Assembly (NCBI GenBank): GCA_963666515.2
Contig: OY762897.2
Span: 4,599,459 to 4,663,458 of the forward strand
Length of the DNA: 64,000 nucleotides
Origin: Candidatus Binatia bacterium
GTDB lineage: Bacteria > Desulfobacterota > Binatia > UBA9968 > JAJDTQ01
Reading direction: 5' to 3'
A model generated the notes under the pieces. That model was given only the letters and a program-made list of their open reading frames with translations. It was not told the origin of the DNA and made no database searches. Both the position numbers and the translations under genes were made by a program. Shown piece after piece: positions 28,590-38,494 of this stretch. Position 1 is the stretch's first letter. The number at the start of each line of letters is the position of its first letter.

Positions 28590-29024
28590 TCAGGAAAGTA
28601 GCGGATTTCGGGTCGGAAGGCCGGGGAAACGACTGAAATCCCGGTCGGCCGTCCACAACTCCGTGACGCCGTGGTCGATACAGATCGCGGCAACCCTCGC
28701 GTCGTGGACCAAGGGTCCTCTTGCCTGGGCTGTCTGGAGTTGCCGCTTCAGTTCATCCCAGTGTGCATCGCCTTCGTGCAACAACACGGCAACGGGCGCT
28801 TCGAGCCATGCCTCGATCTGACCCACCGCGTCGGTCAGGGTCGACGGCGGGTCGTAGATCCTGGGGTGGGTGGCGATGGCCAGGAACTCGTGGACACACG
28901 GCCAAGGTATGCCCCACGCCACGCGCCCCTCCGCCAGACGTTCGATGCAGGATCTGGCCCGCTCATGCCACTCCGAATCGGCCCGGTGCGCGTAAACGAG
29001 GATGTTGGTATCGGTGGCGATCAA
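28590..29024 (-). CDS. vapC: VapC PIN-domain toxin
   Basis: IATDTNILVYAH, VHEFLAIATHPRI, VHDARVAA, TADRDFSRFP. TTG start overlaps the antitoxin stop. Confidence 0.9.
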   Translation of the reverse strand: MIATDTNILVYAHRADSEWHERARSCIERLAEGRVAWGIPWPCVHEFLAIATHPRIYDPPSTLTDAVGQIEAWLEAPVAVLLHEGDAHWDELKRQLQTAQARGPLVHDARVAAICIDHGVTELWTADRDFSRFPGLPTRNPLLS

Positions 29025-29266
29025 CTTCCCCGATCCTTGTACACCGCCTCCCTGATGCGGGACCAATCGGCGTCACGATAGTCGGCCTGCAACCCCCCGC
29101 CGCCAACGCTCGCGTTCTTCAACTTGAAGCCGGCTCGCTGCCGGTCCGCGCGCATGACCTCACGCAATCCGCGTTCTACCAGCGACCTCAACGTGATTTT
29201 GTGTCGGGCCGCATACGCTTTCGCCGTGTTGGCCAGATCGTCGGGAATCTCGATGGTCGTCTTCAT
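29021..29266 (-). CDS. vapB: VapB (DUF2191-like) antitoxin
   Basis: MKTTIEIPDDL..AK..A..TLRSLVERGLR. Confidence 0.85.
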   Translation of the reverse strand: MKTTIEIPDDLANTAKAYAARHKITLRSLVERGLREVMRADRQRAGFKLKNASVGGGGLQADYRDADWSRIREAVYKDRGS

Positions 29267-29348
29267 TGTGTCTGCCTGTATTAATAAATATGGGTAACCC
29301 TACCAAGCCATGCAAATTTTGCAACGGATATCGCCGTGAAAGCGCAGC

Positions 29349-32300
29349 TCAGACTTCCGCCGGCTCGAACACCAACTCCGGTACTGCCACCTCCCATGTT
29401 TCGCACTTGAGTGTGTCGCGGTACTTGGGGTCCGATGTCTCGCGGCTCCACCGTACGATGGCCAGCACCGTGGCTGACCGGCAGCGCATGCCTCGCGGCG
29501 GCTTGAATTTCTTCGCGAAGCGTCCCACTGTCGCCTCCGTGGGTCCCAGCAACTCCCAACGACCTCCGCTCACTTCCCGCGCGACCAGCGGATCGCCGGG
29601 CGACAGTGCGGCGATGGCCCGGTGCGTCCGATGACCGGCTTTGCGGCGTCCGGCAAAGCCCAGGTCCACCTCCCGCAGGCTCGGCTGGACGTGGCGGTAT
29701 CGCAGCGCCGGGGGGCAGGGCGGAAGCGCGGCCGGTTCCCGGCGGAGCACCGAGGGAAGGGCGAACAGCGCGTCCTGGAACGGGTGCCCCCCTTCGAAGC
29801 GCGCCAGCGCAAGGGTCTGTCGGGCCCGGGTCATGGCAACGTAGTACAGCCGCCGCGGAGCATCCCGGTCTTCGCCGGAGCCGACGCGCCCCCAACCGCC
29901 GTCCAGCACGGCCACGTGATCGAACTCCAGTCCCTTGGCGCGGTGGGCAGTGAGCAGAAGGAGGCCGTGCTGGCGCCGCCGTATCTCGCGGCCCCATTCG
30001 GCGAGCCACTCGATGAAGTGGTCGACCGGGATTTCACCGCCGCCGGTTTCCAGCGCCTGTTCGGCGATGGCCTGTTGCAGAAGTTTGTGCCAGCGGTTGG
30101 ACGGCTGCGCTTCCGCCCACCGGCGCAGAGACGCGCCGTCCACGAGACCGCTGTCGCGTTGGCGCAGCCAATCAACCAATGTCCGGGTCTCGCGCAGCCG
30201 CCAAAAGCTGGGGATCTCCTCGTTGCCCATCTGCACCGGGATTTCGTTGGCCTCGCAGAACGCGCGCACCGGGACCAGATAGCTCCACTCCCGCGCGATC
30301 ACGGCGCAACGCGCCCAGTCCCAGTCAGGCGACAGCTTCTCGAGTCGTTGCAACTCCTCCATGACGACCCGCGTCTGCGCCACCGGGTCACGTGGAGCCG
30401 CCAGAATCTGCACCCGTCCCTGCCCCACGGGGTCCAGTTCCTCCCACGTCCCGCCGGGCGCGTCCTCGGTCCGGGCGGCATTGACGTGGATGGGATGCTC
30501 GGCCTTCATCCGCTCGCGCGCCGGCTCGATGACGGCGTTGGCCGCGTCAATGATGTGGTCGGTGGACCGGTAATTCTCGACCAGATGGATGGGCTTTGGC
30601 CCGTAGTCCTGCTGGAAGCGGCGGATGAACTCCACCGAGGCGCCGTTGAAGGCGTAGACGTTCTGGTCGTCGTCGCCCACGGCGAACACGGTGAGCTTGC
30701 CGGCTTCGTCCTCGAGGGTGCGGCCGGCCAGCGCGGAGATCAGATCGTACTGGTCCGCGGCGATGTCCTGGTACTCGTCCACCAGGATCCAGCGGAACCC
30801 CGCCAATAGCCGTACGCGCTGCTCGTCGGCGTCTTCGGACGGCAGCCCGTGGCCGCGCAGCAGATCCACCGCGCGCCGCATCACTTCCCGGAACACGTCG
30901 TCATCGGGCCGCTCCGCGCGCCCGGTGAAGCTGGCGCCCGCCAGCCGCATGGCGAGGGCGTGGCAGGTGAGAACGGTCACGCCCCTGGCGTCGTCGCCGA
31001 TCAGCTCCCCGAGCCGGCGGCGGATGTCCACCGCGGCATGCCGGTTGTACGCCAGCGCCAGGATGCCGCGAGCGTTCTCGCGCCGGACCCGGATCAAGTA
31101 GGCGATGCGGTGGACCAGCACGCGCGTCTTGCCGGAGCCGGGGCCTGCGAGCACCAGCACGTTGGTCTGCTCGCGGTCGTCGGCGACGATGCGCTGCTGC
31201 ACGGGGTTCTTGAGGTCCTCGACGATGGCGGTCCACGACGCGGGAGTGGTCTGCCGGCTGATCTCGCGGCTGCGTCCCGGCAGCCAGCGTTCCAGGAACG
31301 CCTCCTGCTTGAGGGCGAAGTAGTCCAGAGCCATCCGGGTCGCCTCCGCCACGGCCTCCAGGCCCCGCTGGGCAAACTCCACCATCACGTGGATCTGCAG
31401 GACCTGTCCCCGGTAGTGAAGCGCAAGGGGCTCGAAGTCGGCGTTGGTGAAGCCCCGCCGGTCCTGTTGCAGGCGGATGGTCATGGCCGGCCGGAACACG
31501 GTCAGTCCCTTGTTGAGGCGGAGGACTTCCAGCTCATGCAGCCACAGCAGTGCGCGGTCCAGCAGCCTGGCGGGGTGACGGATTCTGCTCTTGATCTCCA
31601 GGTCGGACTCCATCGCGTGGGTGAGTCTGCCCAGCGTGGTTTCCGCCAGCAGGTCCGTGCCGCGGGCGCCGGACGGCAGGCAGGCCAGGAGATGCTCCAG
31701 CAGAAGTCCGGCTCCTTCCCGCCGGAGTCTCGCGGTCTCCTCCAGCGCTCCCCATTCGCGGTGCAGCGTCACCCGCGCGATTTCCGCATCGAGCTTGCGC
31801 ACGGTCAGGCTGCCGGCGGCGCCGTCCTCGCCGCGGCCGTCGTAGGCGATGCCGCGGACGATGCGCCACAGCCGTTCCGGGAGGGGGTCGGCCACGCCCT
31901 CGTCCCGCAGCACCTGAGCCGCCACGCGCAAGTGCAGCGACGACGTGCCGCCCTTGCCCAGGTCCGGCGCCGCCTCGCGCATGTGCCGTATCAGCGCAGT
32001 CTCCAGTTGGGCGGCGGCCTCCAGGCGCTTGACGGAGGAATGCTCCACCCCCTGGTGGACGAACGCGGTCAAGGCGGCGTCGTTGCTGGCGATGCCCAGC
32101 CGTTCCAGGTCGTAGAGCACGTGGCGCACGCCCTCGGGGCTCAGCCCGGACGCGCCCATCAGGTCGTCGGTCGAGAGTCCTTCGTCCGGCCTGGCGTCGA
32201 TCAACGCCGCGGCCACGCGCTGCAACTGGTCGCGATAGGCGTCCGTGATGCGTGTCTGACGGAGGCGGTCGCGGACTTCCTCCGCCGACCGCACCCTCAG

Positions 32301-34499
32301 CGACGACGGGAACACCTGCACCCGGTTCTCCTCCCGGGTCAGCAGCGCGGCTTCCTCCAGCCATGCCACCGCGGTCCGCACGCGGGTGTCGTCGGTAGAG
32401 GAGTCGCGCTCGAACACTTGCTCCTCGTCCTCGCCGAGGATCTCGCCCGCGGTAGCCACCACCTTGCCGTCCAGGCGTTTCTTCCGATCCAGGTTGCGCA
32501 GCGCCCGCAGGATGCCGTGGATCTCCGTCCGGGTGAGGCGGGAGCGCGCCGACATGCCGAACTGCCGCTCCACGTCGTCCGCGGCGTACAGCAGCACGCA
32601 GCGCGCCGCGGCCCGGTCACGGCCGGCGCGGCCCGCCTCCTGGAGGTAGTTCTCGAGTGAGCCGGGGATGTCGGCGTGGATCACCAGCCGCACGTCGGGC
32701 TTGTCGATACCCATGCCGAAGGCATTGGTGGCGACGATGGCGCGCAGCTCGCCGTCGATGAATCGTTGCTGCACGTCCTTCTTGGTCTCCGGCGGCAGAC
32801 CGGCGTGGAAATGGCCGGCGGCTACGTCCTTCAGTTGCAGGAACTCAGCCACCTCCTCGCTCTGCCGGCGCGTGGCGCAATAGATGATGGCGCCGCCCGA
32901 CGTCTGCGGCGGAAGGTACGATGTCAGTATCTGGTAAATGTCGGCGAACTTGTCGGACGCCGTCGTCGGCATGACCTCGAAGGTCAGATTGGACCGCTCC
33001 ACGCCCCCGTCGATCACCGCCAGCTCGATGCCGAGACGGTCGCGGAAGTGCCGGGTGATGTCGTCCACCACGTCCGGCTTCGCGGTGGCAGTCAAACACA
33101 GTACGGGCGGCACGGGACCGTCCCCGGCCTTCTCCCGGATGAAACGGCCCACGTAGAGGTAGTCGGGCCGGAAGTCATGTCCCCAGCGCGAAAGACAGTG
33201 GGCCTCGTCCAGCACCCATGCGCCGATCTCGCGCTGGCCCAGGGCGCGGCGCAGGGACGGCGACCGGAGCTGCTCGGGAGAGACGAGCAGGATGCCCGCG
33301 TCTCCCAGCCGAACCCGGTCCAGAGCGTCGGCACGCTCCGGCATGGACAGAAGACCGGTGACCGCCACGCAGCAACCTATGCCGCGCGCCTCCAGCCCGG
33401 CCACCTGGTCCGCCATCAGCGCCACCAGGGGAGAGACCACCACCGTGAGCGCGCCGGTCTTGTCGTAACGCGACAGCGCCGGAATCTGGTAGCAGAGCGA
33501 CTTCCCCGTGCCCGTGGGCAGGATCCCGAGCACGTGCCGCCCCGCCATGGCCGCCTCGACGATGGTGCGCTGCATCGGGCGCCCTTCGTCGTCCACCGGC
33601 TCCGGGCGGAAGTCGTCGAAGCCGAACCAGCGATGGAGTTCCTTGCGTGGGTCGTGGCGCTCCCGGCACCATTCGCAGGCCGCGTCGGTGCAGGGCGTGT
33701 CCCGCAGCCGGCGCACCAGCAGGCCCGCCTCCGGGAACTGATGCCTTACCCACGGCGGCATCACCGAGTTGCCTCCCGCCACCGACAGCCACGCCAGCGC
33801 ATAGGCCAGCGCCCACCTGGTGTCAGGGGACGGCGTCGGAGCGAGTCCGCCACGATGGCCGGATGCCTGCGCGTAGACGGCGCAGCCGGTGTCCTCCAGC
33901 CGCCTGTGAATGGCGGCCCACGCTTCGGCGTCCGAAGGGCGGTCCGCGCCGCGGATTTCCGAGAAAAGTGTATCGAGAGCGTGGTCGGCGCCGTCCGGCT
34001 CCGGCGTGACCAGCCAGTGCCACGCCGCCAGGAGATCGGGCTCGGTCTTCACCAGAGCTTCGCGCTGGTCGCCGAACACTTCCAGCGCCAGGCGTGCATC
34101 CAGCTCAGGATCGTTCAACTGCCGGCGCCGGAGCCCGCCGTCCTGGTAGTGCTTCACGAGGTGGTGATAGGGGTTGCGCGGGAAGGCCAGCGGGCTGAGG
34201 CGCAGGGTGTCCACCGCCGGCAGCCGGAGCAGCCGCAGGTCCGGCTTCGCAGCGGTCAGGTGGGTCAGGTCGAATGCGATCAGGTTGTGGCCGAGGATGA
34301 AGGATGCGCCGTCCGCGAAATCATCGAGTTCCTTGAGCGCCCTGTTCAGTCCGCCCCCCGAATGGACCTTCCTTCGTTTGGTGTCGGCGCGTATCGCGCC
34401 GAAGGCATGGATGCCCCCATCCTTCCTGCCGACCTCCAGGTCCAGCGCGAGGCAGCCCGAGAGGGGATCGTCGCGTCCGTGTGTCTTCCGCATCGGCAT
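29349..34499 (-). CDS. 1716-aa fusion: DEDD exonuclease-like + RecQ (SF2) helicase + UvrD (SF1) helicase
   Basis: DLE/GHN..FD/DTL nuclease-like motifs. RecQ: LPTGTGKS, DEAHCLSRWGHDFRP, QEAGRAGRD. UvrD: AGPGSGKT, DEYQD, GDDDQ, NYRS, KGLEF, YVAMTRA. Confidence 0.92.
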   Translation of the reverse strand: MPMRKTHGRDDPLSGCLALDLEVGRKDGGIHAFGAIRADTKRRKVHSGGGLNRALKELDDFADGASFILGHNLIAFDLTHLTAAKPDLRLLRLPAVDTLRLSPLAFPRNPYHHLVKHYQDGGLRRRQLNDPELDARLALEVFGDQREALVKTEPDLLAAWHWLVTPEPDGADHALDTLFSEIRGADRPSDAEAWAAIHRRLEDTGCAVYAQASGHRGGLAPTPSPDTRWALAYALAWLSVAGGNSVMPPWVRHQFPEAGLLVRRLRDTPCTDAACEWCRERHDPRKELHRWFGFDDFRPEPVDDEGRPMQRTIVEAAMAGRHVLGILPTGTGKSLCYQIPALSRYDKTGALTVVVSPLVALMADQVAGLEARGIGCCVAVTGLLSMPERADALDRVRLGDAGILLVSPEQLRSPSLRRALGQREIGAWVLDEAHCLSRWGHDFRPDYLYVGRFIREKAGDGPVPPVLCLTATAKPDVVDDITRHFRDRLGIELAVIDGGVERSNLTFEVMPTTASDKFADIYQILTSYLPPQTSGGAIIYCATRRQSEEVAEFLQLKDVAAGHFHAGLPPETKKDVQQRFIDGELRAIVATNAFGMGIDKPDVRLVIHADIPGSLENYLQEAGRAGRDRAAARCVLLYAADDVERQFGMSARSRLTRTEIHGILRALRNLDRKKRLDGKVVATAGEILGEDEEQVFERDSSTDDTRVRTAVAWLEEAALLTREENRVQVFPSSLRVRSAEEVRDRLRQTRITDAYRDQLQRVAAALIDARPDEGLSTDDLMGASGLSPEGVRHVLYDLERLGIASNDAALTAFVHQGVEHSSVKRLEAAAQLETALIRHMREAAPDLGKGGTSSLHLRVAAQVLRDEGVADPLPERLWRIVRGIAYDGRGEDGAAGSLTVRKLDAEIARVTLHREWGALEETARLRREGAGLLLEHLLACLPSGARGTDLLAETTLGRLTHAMESDLEIKSRIRHPARLLDRALLWLHELEVLRLNKGLTVFRPAMTIRLQQDRRGFTNADFEPLALHYRGQVLQIHVMVEFAQRGLEAVAEATRMALDYFALKQEAFLERWLPGRSREISRQTTPASWTAIVEDLKNPVQQRIVADDREQTNVLVLAGPGSGKTRVLVHRIAYLIRVRRENARGILALAYNRHAAVDIRRRLGELIGDDARGVTVLTCHALAMRLAGASFTGRAERPDDDVFREVMRRAVDLLRGHGLPSEDADEQRVRLLAGFRWILVDEYQDIAADQYDLISALAGRTLEDEAGKLTVFAVGDDDQNVYAFNGASVEFIRRFQQDYGPKPIHLVENYRSTDHIIDAANAVIEPARERMKAEHPIHVNAARTEDAPGGTWEELDPVGQGRVQILAAPRDPVAQTRVVMEELQRLEKLSPDWDWARCAVIAREWSYLVPVRAFCEANEIPVQMGNEEIPSFWRLRETRTLVDWLRQRDSGLVDGASLRRWAEAQPSNRWHKLLQQAIAEQALETGGGEIPVDHFIEWLAEWGREIRRRQHGLLLLTAHRAKGLEFDHVAVLDGGWGRVGSGEDRDAPRRLYYVAMTRARQTLALARFEGGHPFQDALFALPSVLRREPAALPPCPPALRYRHVQPSLREVDLGFAGRRKAGHRTHRAIAALSPGDPLVAREVSGGRWELLGPTEATVGRFAKKFKPPRGMRCRSATVLAIVRWSRETSDPKYRDTLKCETWEVAVPELVFEPAEV

Positions 34500-34526
34500 T
34501 CCGTTCGGCGCCCGTGCTTGTTTGTG

Positions 34527-34550
34527 TTGACAATGTTGCGACTATGTCAA
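34527..34550. promoter_or_regulatory. TTGACA-N12-TGTCAA palindrome in the divergent promoter region
   Basis: ttgacaatgttgcgactatgtcaa in the AT-rich spacer between the helicase fusion and the AAA_14 gene. Confidence 0.5.
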
Positions 34551-34661
34551 TGAATTTCTGGATAAATTAATTTCTTGGTATGGCACGATGGCCTGAAGGG
34601 ATCTGCAAGTTCAGCATTGGAGTCATTGCTATTAGCCAAAATTCGCGTAAAATTGGCATCC

Positions 34662-35810
34662 ATGTATGCCAGATTACTGAAAACCCCTACTCGTTCGGCT
34701 TTTCTTTTCGGTCCTCGAGGCACTGGAAAATCGACTTGGATTCGACAGCGATATCCAGAAGCGCCGCTTTACGACCTGCTCGACACGGGCGAAGCTCTGC
34801 GCCTCGCCGCGGACCCCCAAGCCCTCTATCGGGAACTCGCGAATCGCCCCACCGGCAGTTGGGCGGTGATCGACGAGGTGCAAAAGGCGCCGGCGCTGCT
34901 CAACGAGGTGCATCGGCTGATCGAAGGGAAGGGTCTGCGCTTCGTTCTCTCGGGGTCAAGTGCCCGCAAGCTGCGGCGCGGGGGCGTTAATTTGCTCGCC
35001 GGACGGGCCATCACCACTAACCTGTTCCCGTTGACCTCTGCCGAGCTGTCCTCTGACTTCGACGTGGAGCACGCCCTGCAATTCGGCACCCTGCCGTTGG
35101 CCGTTGACGCCGACACGGCGCAGGACTATCTGCGCAGCTACGTGGAAACCTATCTGACCCAGGAAGTCCAGGCCGAAGCCCTGACCCGCAACGTCAGCGC
35201 CTTCGCCCGCTTTCTCGAAGTGACCGCGCGGCAAAATGCCCAAACCACCAACGCCACCGGCATTGCCCGCGACACCGGCGTCCATCGGCGCACGGTGGAG
35301 AGCCACTTCCAGATTCTTGTGGATACCCTGCTCGGCCATTGGCTGCCGGCTTGGCGATTGAAGTCGTCCAATCGGCAGTTGCAGCGCAGCAAGTTTTATT
35401 TCTTCGATTGCGGCGTCGCCCGAGCGCTGACGGGACGGCTGCCCTATCCGCCCACCGCCGAAGAGTTGGGTCCGCAAATGGAGACCCTCGTCCTCAACGA
35501 GTTGCGCGCTTACCTCGCCTATTCCAAGCTGGGCTACGTTCCCCACTACTGGCGCTCCTATGATGGCGCCGAGGTGGACTTCCTGATAGAAACCGCTCAG
35601 GGTTTCATCGCCATTGAGGTGAAAGCGGCTGGTAGGTGGGAAAAGCGCTTCAATCGGGGTCTAAGGCGCGTCGCCGATGAATTGGGGCGAAGCAGAACCA
35701 CCTGCTACGGCATCTACTCCGGCGAACGCACTGCCCTCTGGGATGATGTACAGGTGTTGCCCGTGACGGACTTTCTGCAGAGCCTTTGGGGTGGAGAGTT
35801 CATGGCCTGA
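34662..35810 (+). CDS. AAA_14 ATPase + DUF4143 (PD-(D/E)XK-like C-terminus)
   Basis: FGPRGTGKST, IDEVQK, LSGSS, LAGRA, KFYFFDCG, EVDF..IAIEVK. Confidence 0.9.
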   Translation: MYARLLKTPTRSAFLFGPRGTGKSTWIRQRYPEAPLYDLLDTGEALRLAADPQALYRELANRPTGSWAVIDEVQKAPALLNEVHRLIEGKGLRFVLSGSSARKLRRGGVNLLAGRAITTNLFPLTSAELSSDFDVEHALQFGTLPLAVDADTAQDYLRSYVETYLTQEVQAEALTRNVSAFARFLEVTARQNAQTTNATGIARDTGVHRRTVESHFQILVDTLLGHWLPAWRLKSSNRQLQRSKFYFFDCGVARALTGRLPYPPTAEELGPQMETLVLNELRAYLAYSKLGYVPHYWRSYDGAEVDFLIETAQGFIAIEVKAAGRWEKRFNRGLRRVADELGRSRTTCYGIYSGERTALWDDVQVLPVTDFLQSLWGGEFMA

Positions 35811-35834
35811 AACAACAACATCTTCCGGCGGGCA

Positions 35835-38492
35835 CTAAAAGCTCAGCGAGATGTCCCGGTGGTGCGACAGGCAGGCTGCCACTTCTTTCGCCACCGGGGT
35901 CGGCAGCCGCTCGAGCTGCCGTATTCCGATGGTTCCGCGAAGGGCGTCCTCGTAGGCGGTCAGACCGGGATCGAGTTCCCGGGCGGCCCGCGAGCGCCAT
36001 TCCAGCTCTCGCTCGAACAGGCCGACCGCTTCGTCCAGGCGGGTCGCGGCGCGCTTCCGGCCGGAGGCGCCCCGCCTCACGTCGGCGCGCGCCTTCGACA
36101 GGGAGTTCCGCAGATCGTAGGTTCCGGGGACCTTTCGGAGCGACCGCTCGGCGTCGCGGATGACGGCGCCCGCCTCCTTCGGCGCCTGCGTTCGAAGGAC
36201 TTCTGGCAGCGCCTTGATCTTCGCGCCGGCGGCCTCCAACTCCGGCACCTTCGCCAGCATCTCGCGTACGGTCCGCACGGAGCCGGCGGCGTCGTCGACA
36301 TTGCGCCGGTAGTTGCGGCGGGCGGTGTTTTCCTTCTTCTCCAGGGACAGGTAGCGCTGGCGCAACTCTTTGGCGCCCTCCGGGCGTGTCGCCTCCACCC
36401 GTTCCCTTCGTTTCGTCAACTCCTCCACCTCATGGCGCAAGTCCGCCACCACCTCGGGGCCGGCGTCCCGTCCCAGCCGCCGGATGGTGGTCCGGATCTC
36501 GCGGATCTCCCGGTCGATGCGACGTTCGTCCGCGTTGATGCGCCGGACCACGGCATGGGTGGACTTGTAGGTCTCCCCGAACGCGCTTCGTTCCGCGTCG
36601 GTGCGGCGTACCTCCGCAACCAGGTCGAAGGTGCGGGCCGCCTTCTCCATGCCGCCCGTGAGGCTGCGGCGGAGCTTTTCCGGCAAGTAGCTCGTGTCGA
36701 GGGCCTGCGCGGTCCGGATGCTCGCCAGGATGGTCTGGCGGTCGCGGTCGTACTGCTCGAACAGGTGCTGCTCCAGGCAGCGCTGGAGGCGCGGGTTCCG
36801 GGGCGGCGGCGCGGTCTCGCCGGTGAGAGACGTGCGCGCCGGCAGGTAGTTCACGAGCGGAGGATAGAATCCGACGATGGCCAGGGCCACGAGCTGCAGC
36901 ACGATGAACGCCACCACGCCGCGGTAGATGTCGGTGGTCAGCACCGAGGGCGGCGCCACCCCGCGCAGATAGAACAGCGCGAAGCCGAACGGCGGCGTCA
37001 GGAAGGAGGTCTGCATGTTGACGCCGATCATGACGCCGAGCCAGACCGCGGTGATGTTGGCCGATGGGTCCGACAGCAGGATGGGCGCCACGATGGGCAC
37101 CACCACCACCGCGATCTCGATGAAGTCGAGGAAGAAGCCGAGGATGAAGATCACCGCCATGACCACGATGAACTGGGTCCAGAAACCGCCGGGCAGGGTG
37201 GTCAGGAACTCCTTCACCAGCTCCTCGCCGCCGAAGCCCCGGAAGGCTGCCGTCAGCATGGCCGCGCCCAGCAGGATGATGAAGACCATGGCCGTGGTCT
37301 TGGCGGTCTCCACCATGACGCCGGCGAGCATCCGCTCGGTGCGGTAGGCGCGCCAGCCGCTCCAGGTCACGGCCACCAGCAGCCCGGCCACCGCGATGGC
37401 GGCAAGGCTCACGCCCACCGCCTCGTAGGCGCCGTGAACGGTGCGTATGTTCAGGTCGAAGGTCGCCAGCAGGACGGCGAGGGCGAGCAAGGAAACGCCC
37501 GCGATGATGGCCGGCGTGAAGCACCCGCGCTGTCCCTCCCTGAGCCGGTATCCCGCCATGATGGTGGCGCCGACGGCGCCGATGGCGCCGGCTTGGTTGA
37601 CCGTGGCGATGCCGGCGATGATGGAGCCGAGCACGGCCAGGATGAGCGCCAGCGGCGGCACCAGGGCCAGCACCACCCGGACGGCGAACTGGCGGTCGAA
37701 GCGTCCTTCCATGGGGATGGCCGGCGCGCTGCCGGGCCGGATGAGCGCCACCGCGAGGATGTAGATGACGTACAGCCCCACCAGCACCAGCCCGGGCACG
37801 ATGGCGCCCAGGAACATGTCGCCGGCGCTGGCCGAGGTGATGTCGAACTCGGTGGGCATGACGAAGTTGCCGGTGGCGGCCTTGTAGTCCACCTGCCGCA
37901 ACGTGCTGGCCTGGTCGGTGGCGTTGGAGAGCTGGTCGGCCAGGATGATGAGCACGACGGAGGGCGGAATGATCTGCCCCAACGTGCCCGCCGCGGAAAT
38001 GGTACCGGTGGCGAGCTGGCGCGAGTAGCCGTTGCGCAGCATGGCCGGCAGCGAGATCAGCCCCATGGCCACCACGGTGGCGCCGAGAATGCCGGTGGTG
38101 GCGGCGAGCAGCGCTCCCACCAGCACCACCGAGATGCCGAGGCCGCCGGGGATCGGCCCGAACAGGCGAGCCATGGTCACTAGCAGATCCTCGGCGATCT
38201 TGGAGCGCTGCAGCATGATGCCCATGAACACGAACAACGGCACCGCGATGATGGTGTCGCGCTCCACCTCCCAGTAGACGCCGCGGAAGTTGGTGACGCC
38301 CGCGGTCAGCCACTGGACCGGCCCGTCCTGGGCGAAGAACGAGCTGGCGTCGCCGGTGAAGACGTAGCCGGCGAGCGCCGCGAGCCCGATGGTCAGGATG
38401 GCCGAGCCGGGCAGCGCGAAGGCCACCGGGAACCCCGATGCCAGGGCTCCGGCCATGGCCAGGATCAGCAGTGCGAGGAAGAGATGCTCCAC
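35835..38492 (-). CDS. TRAP transporter large permease (DctM) with long C-terminal soluble extension
   Basis: GFPVAFAL, AVPLFVFMG, GTLGQIIPPS, NMQTSFLTPPFGFALFYLRGVAP. Confidence 0.9.
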   Translation of the reverse strand: MEHLFLALLILAMAGALASGFPVAFALPGSAILTIGLAALAGYVFTGDASSFFAQDGPVQWLTAGVTNFRGVYWEVERDTIIAVPLFVFMGIMLQRSKIAEDLLVTMARLFGPIPGGLGISVVLVGALLAATTGILGATVVAMGLISLPAMLRNGYSRQLATGTISAAGTLGQIIPPSVVLIILADQLSNATDQASTLRQVDYKAATGNFVMPTEFDITSASAGDMFLGAIVPGLVLVGLYVIYILAVALIRPGSAPAIPMEGRFDRQFAVRVVLALVPPLALILAVLGSIIAGIATVNQAGAIGAVGATIMAGYRLREGQRGCFTPAIIAGVSLLALAVLLATFDLNIRTVHGAYEAVGVSLAAIAVAGLLVAVTWSGWRAYRTERMLAGVMVETAKTTAMVFIILLGAAMLTAAFRGFGGEELVKEFLTTLPGGFWTQFIVVMAVIFILGFFLDFIEIAVVVVPIVAPILLSDPSANITAVWLGVMIGVNMQTSFLTPPFGFALFYLRGVAPPSVLTTDIYRGVVAFIVLQLVALAIVGFYPPLVNYLPARTSLTGETAPPPRNPRLQRCLEQHLFEQYDRDRQTILASIRTAQALDTSYLPEKLRRSLTGGMEKAARTFDLVAEVRRTDAERSAFGETYKSTHAVVRRINADERRIDREIREIRTTIRRLGRDAGPEVVADLRHEVEELTKRRERVEATRPEGAKELRQRYLSLEKKENTARRNYRRNVDDAAGSVRTVREMLAKVPELEAAGAKIKALPEVLRTQAPKEAGAVIRDAERSLRKVPGTYDLRNSLSKARADVRRGASGRKRAATRLDEAVGLFERELEWRSRAARELDPGLTAYEDALRGTIGIRQLERLPTPVAKEVAACLSHHRDISLSF

Positions 38493-38494
38493 GG

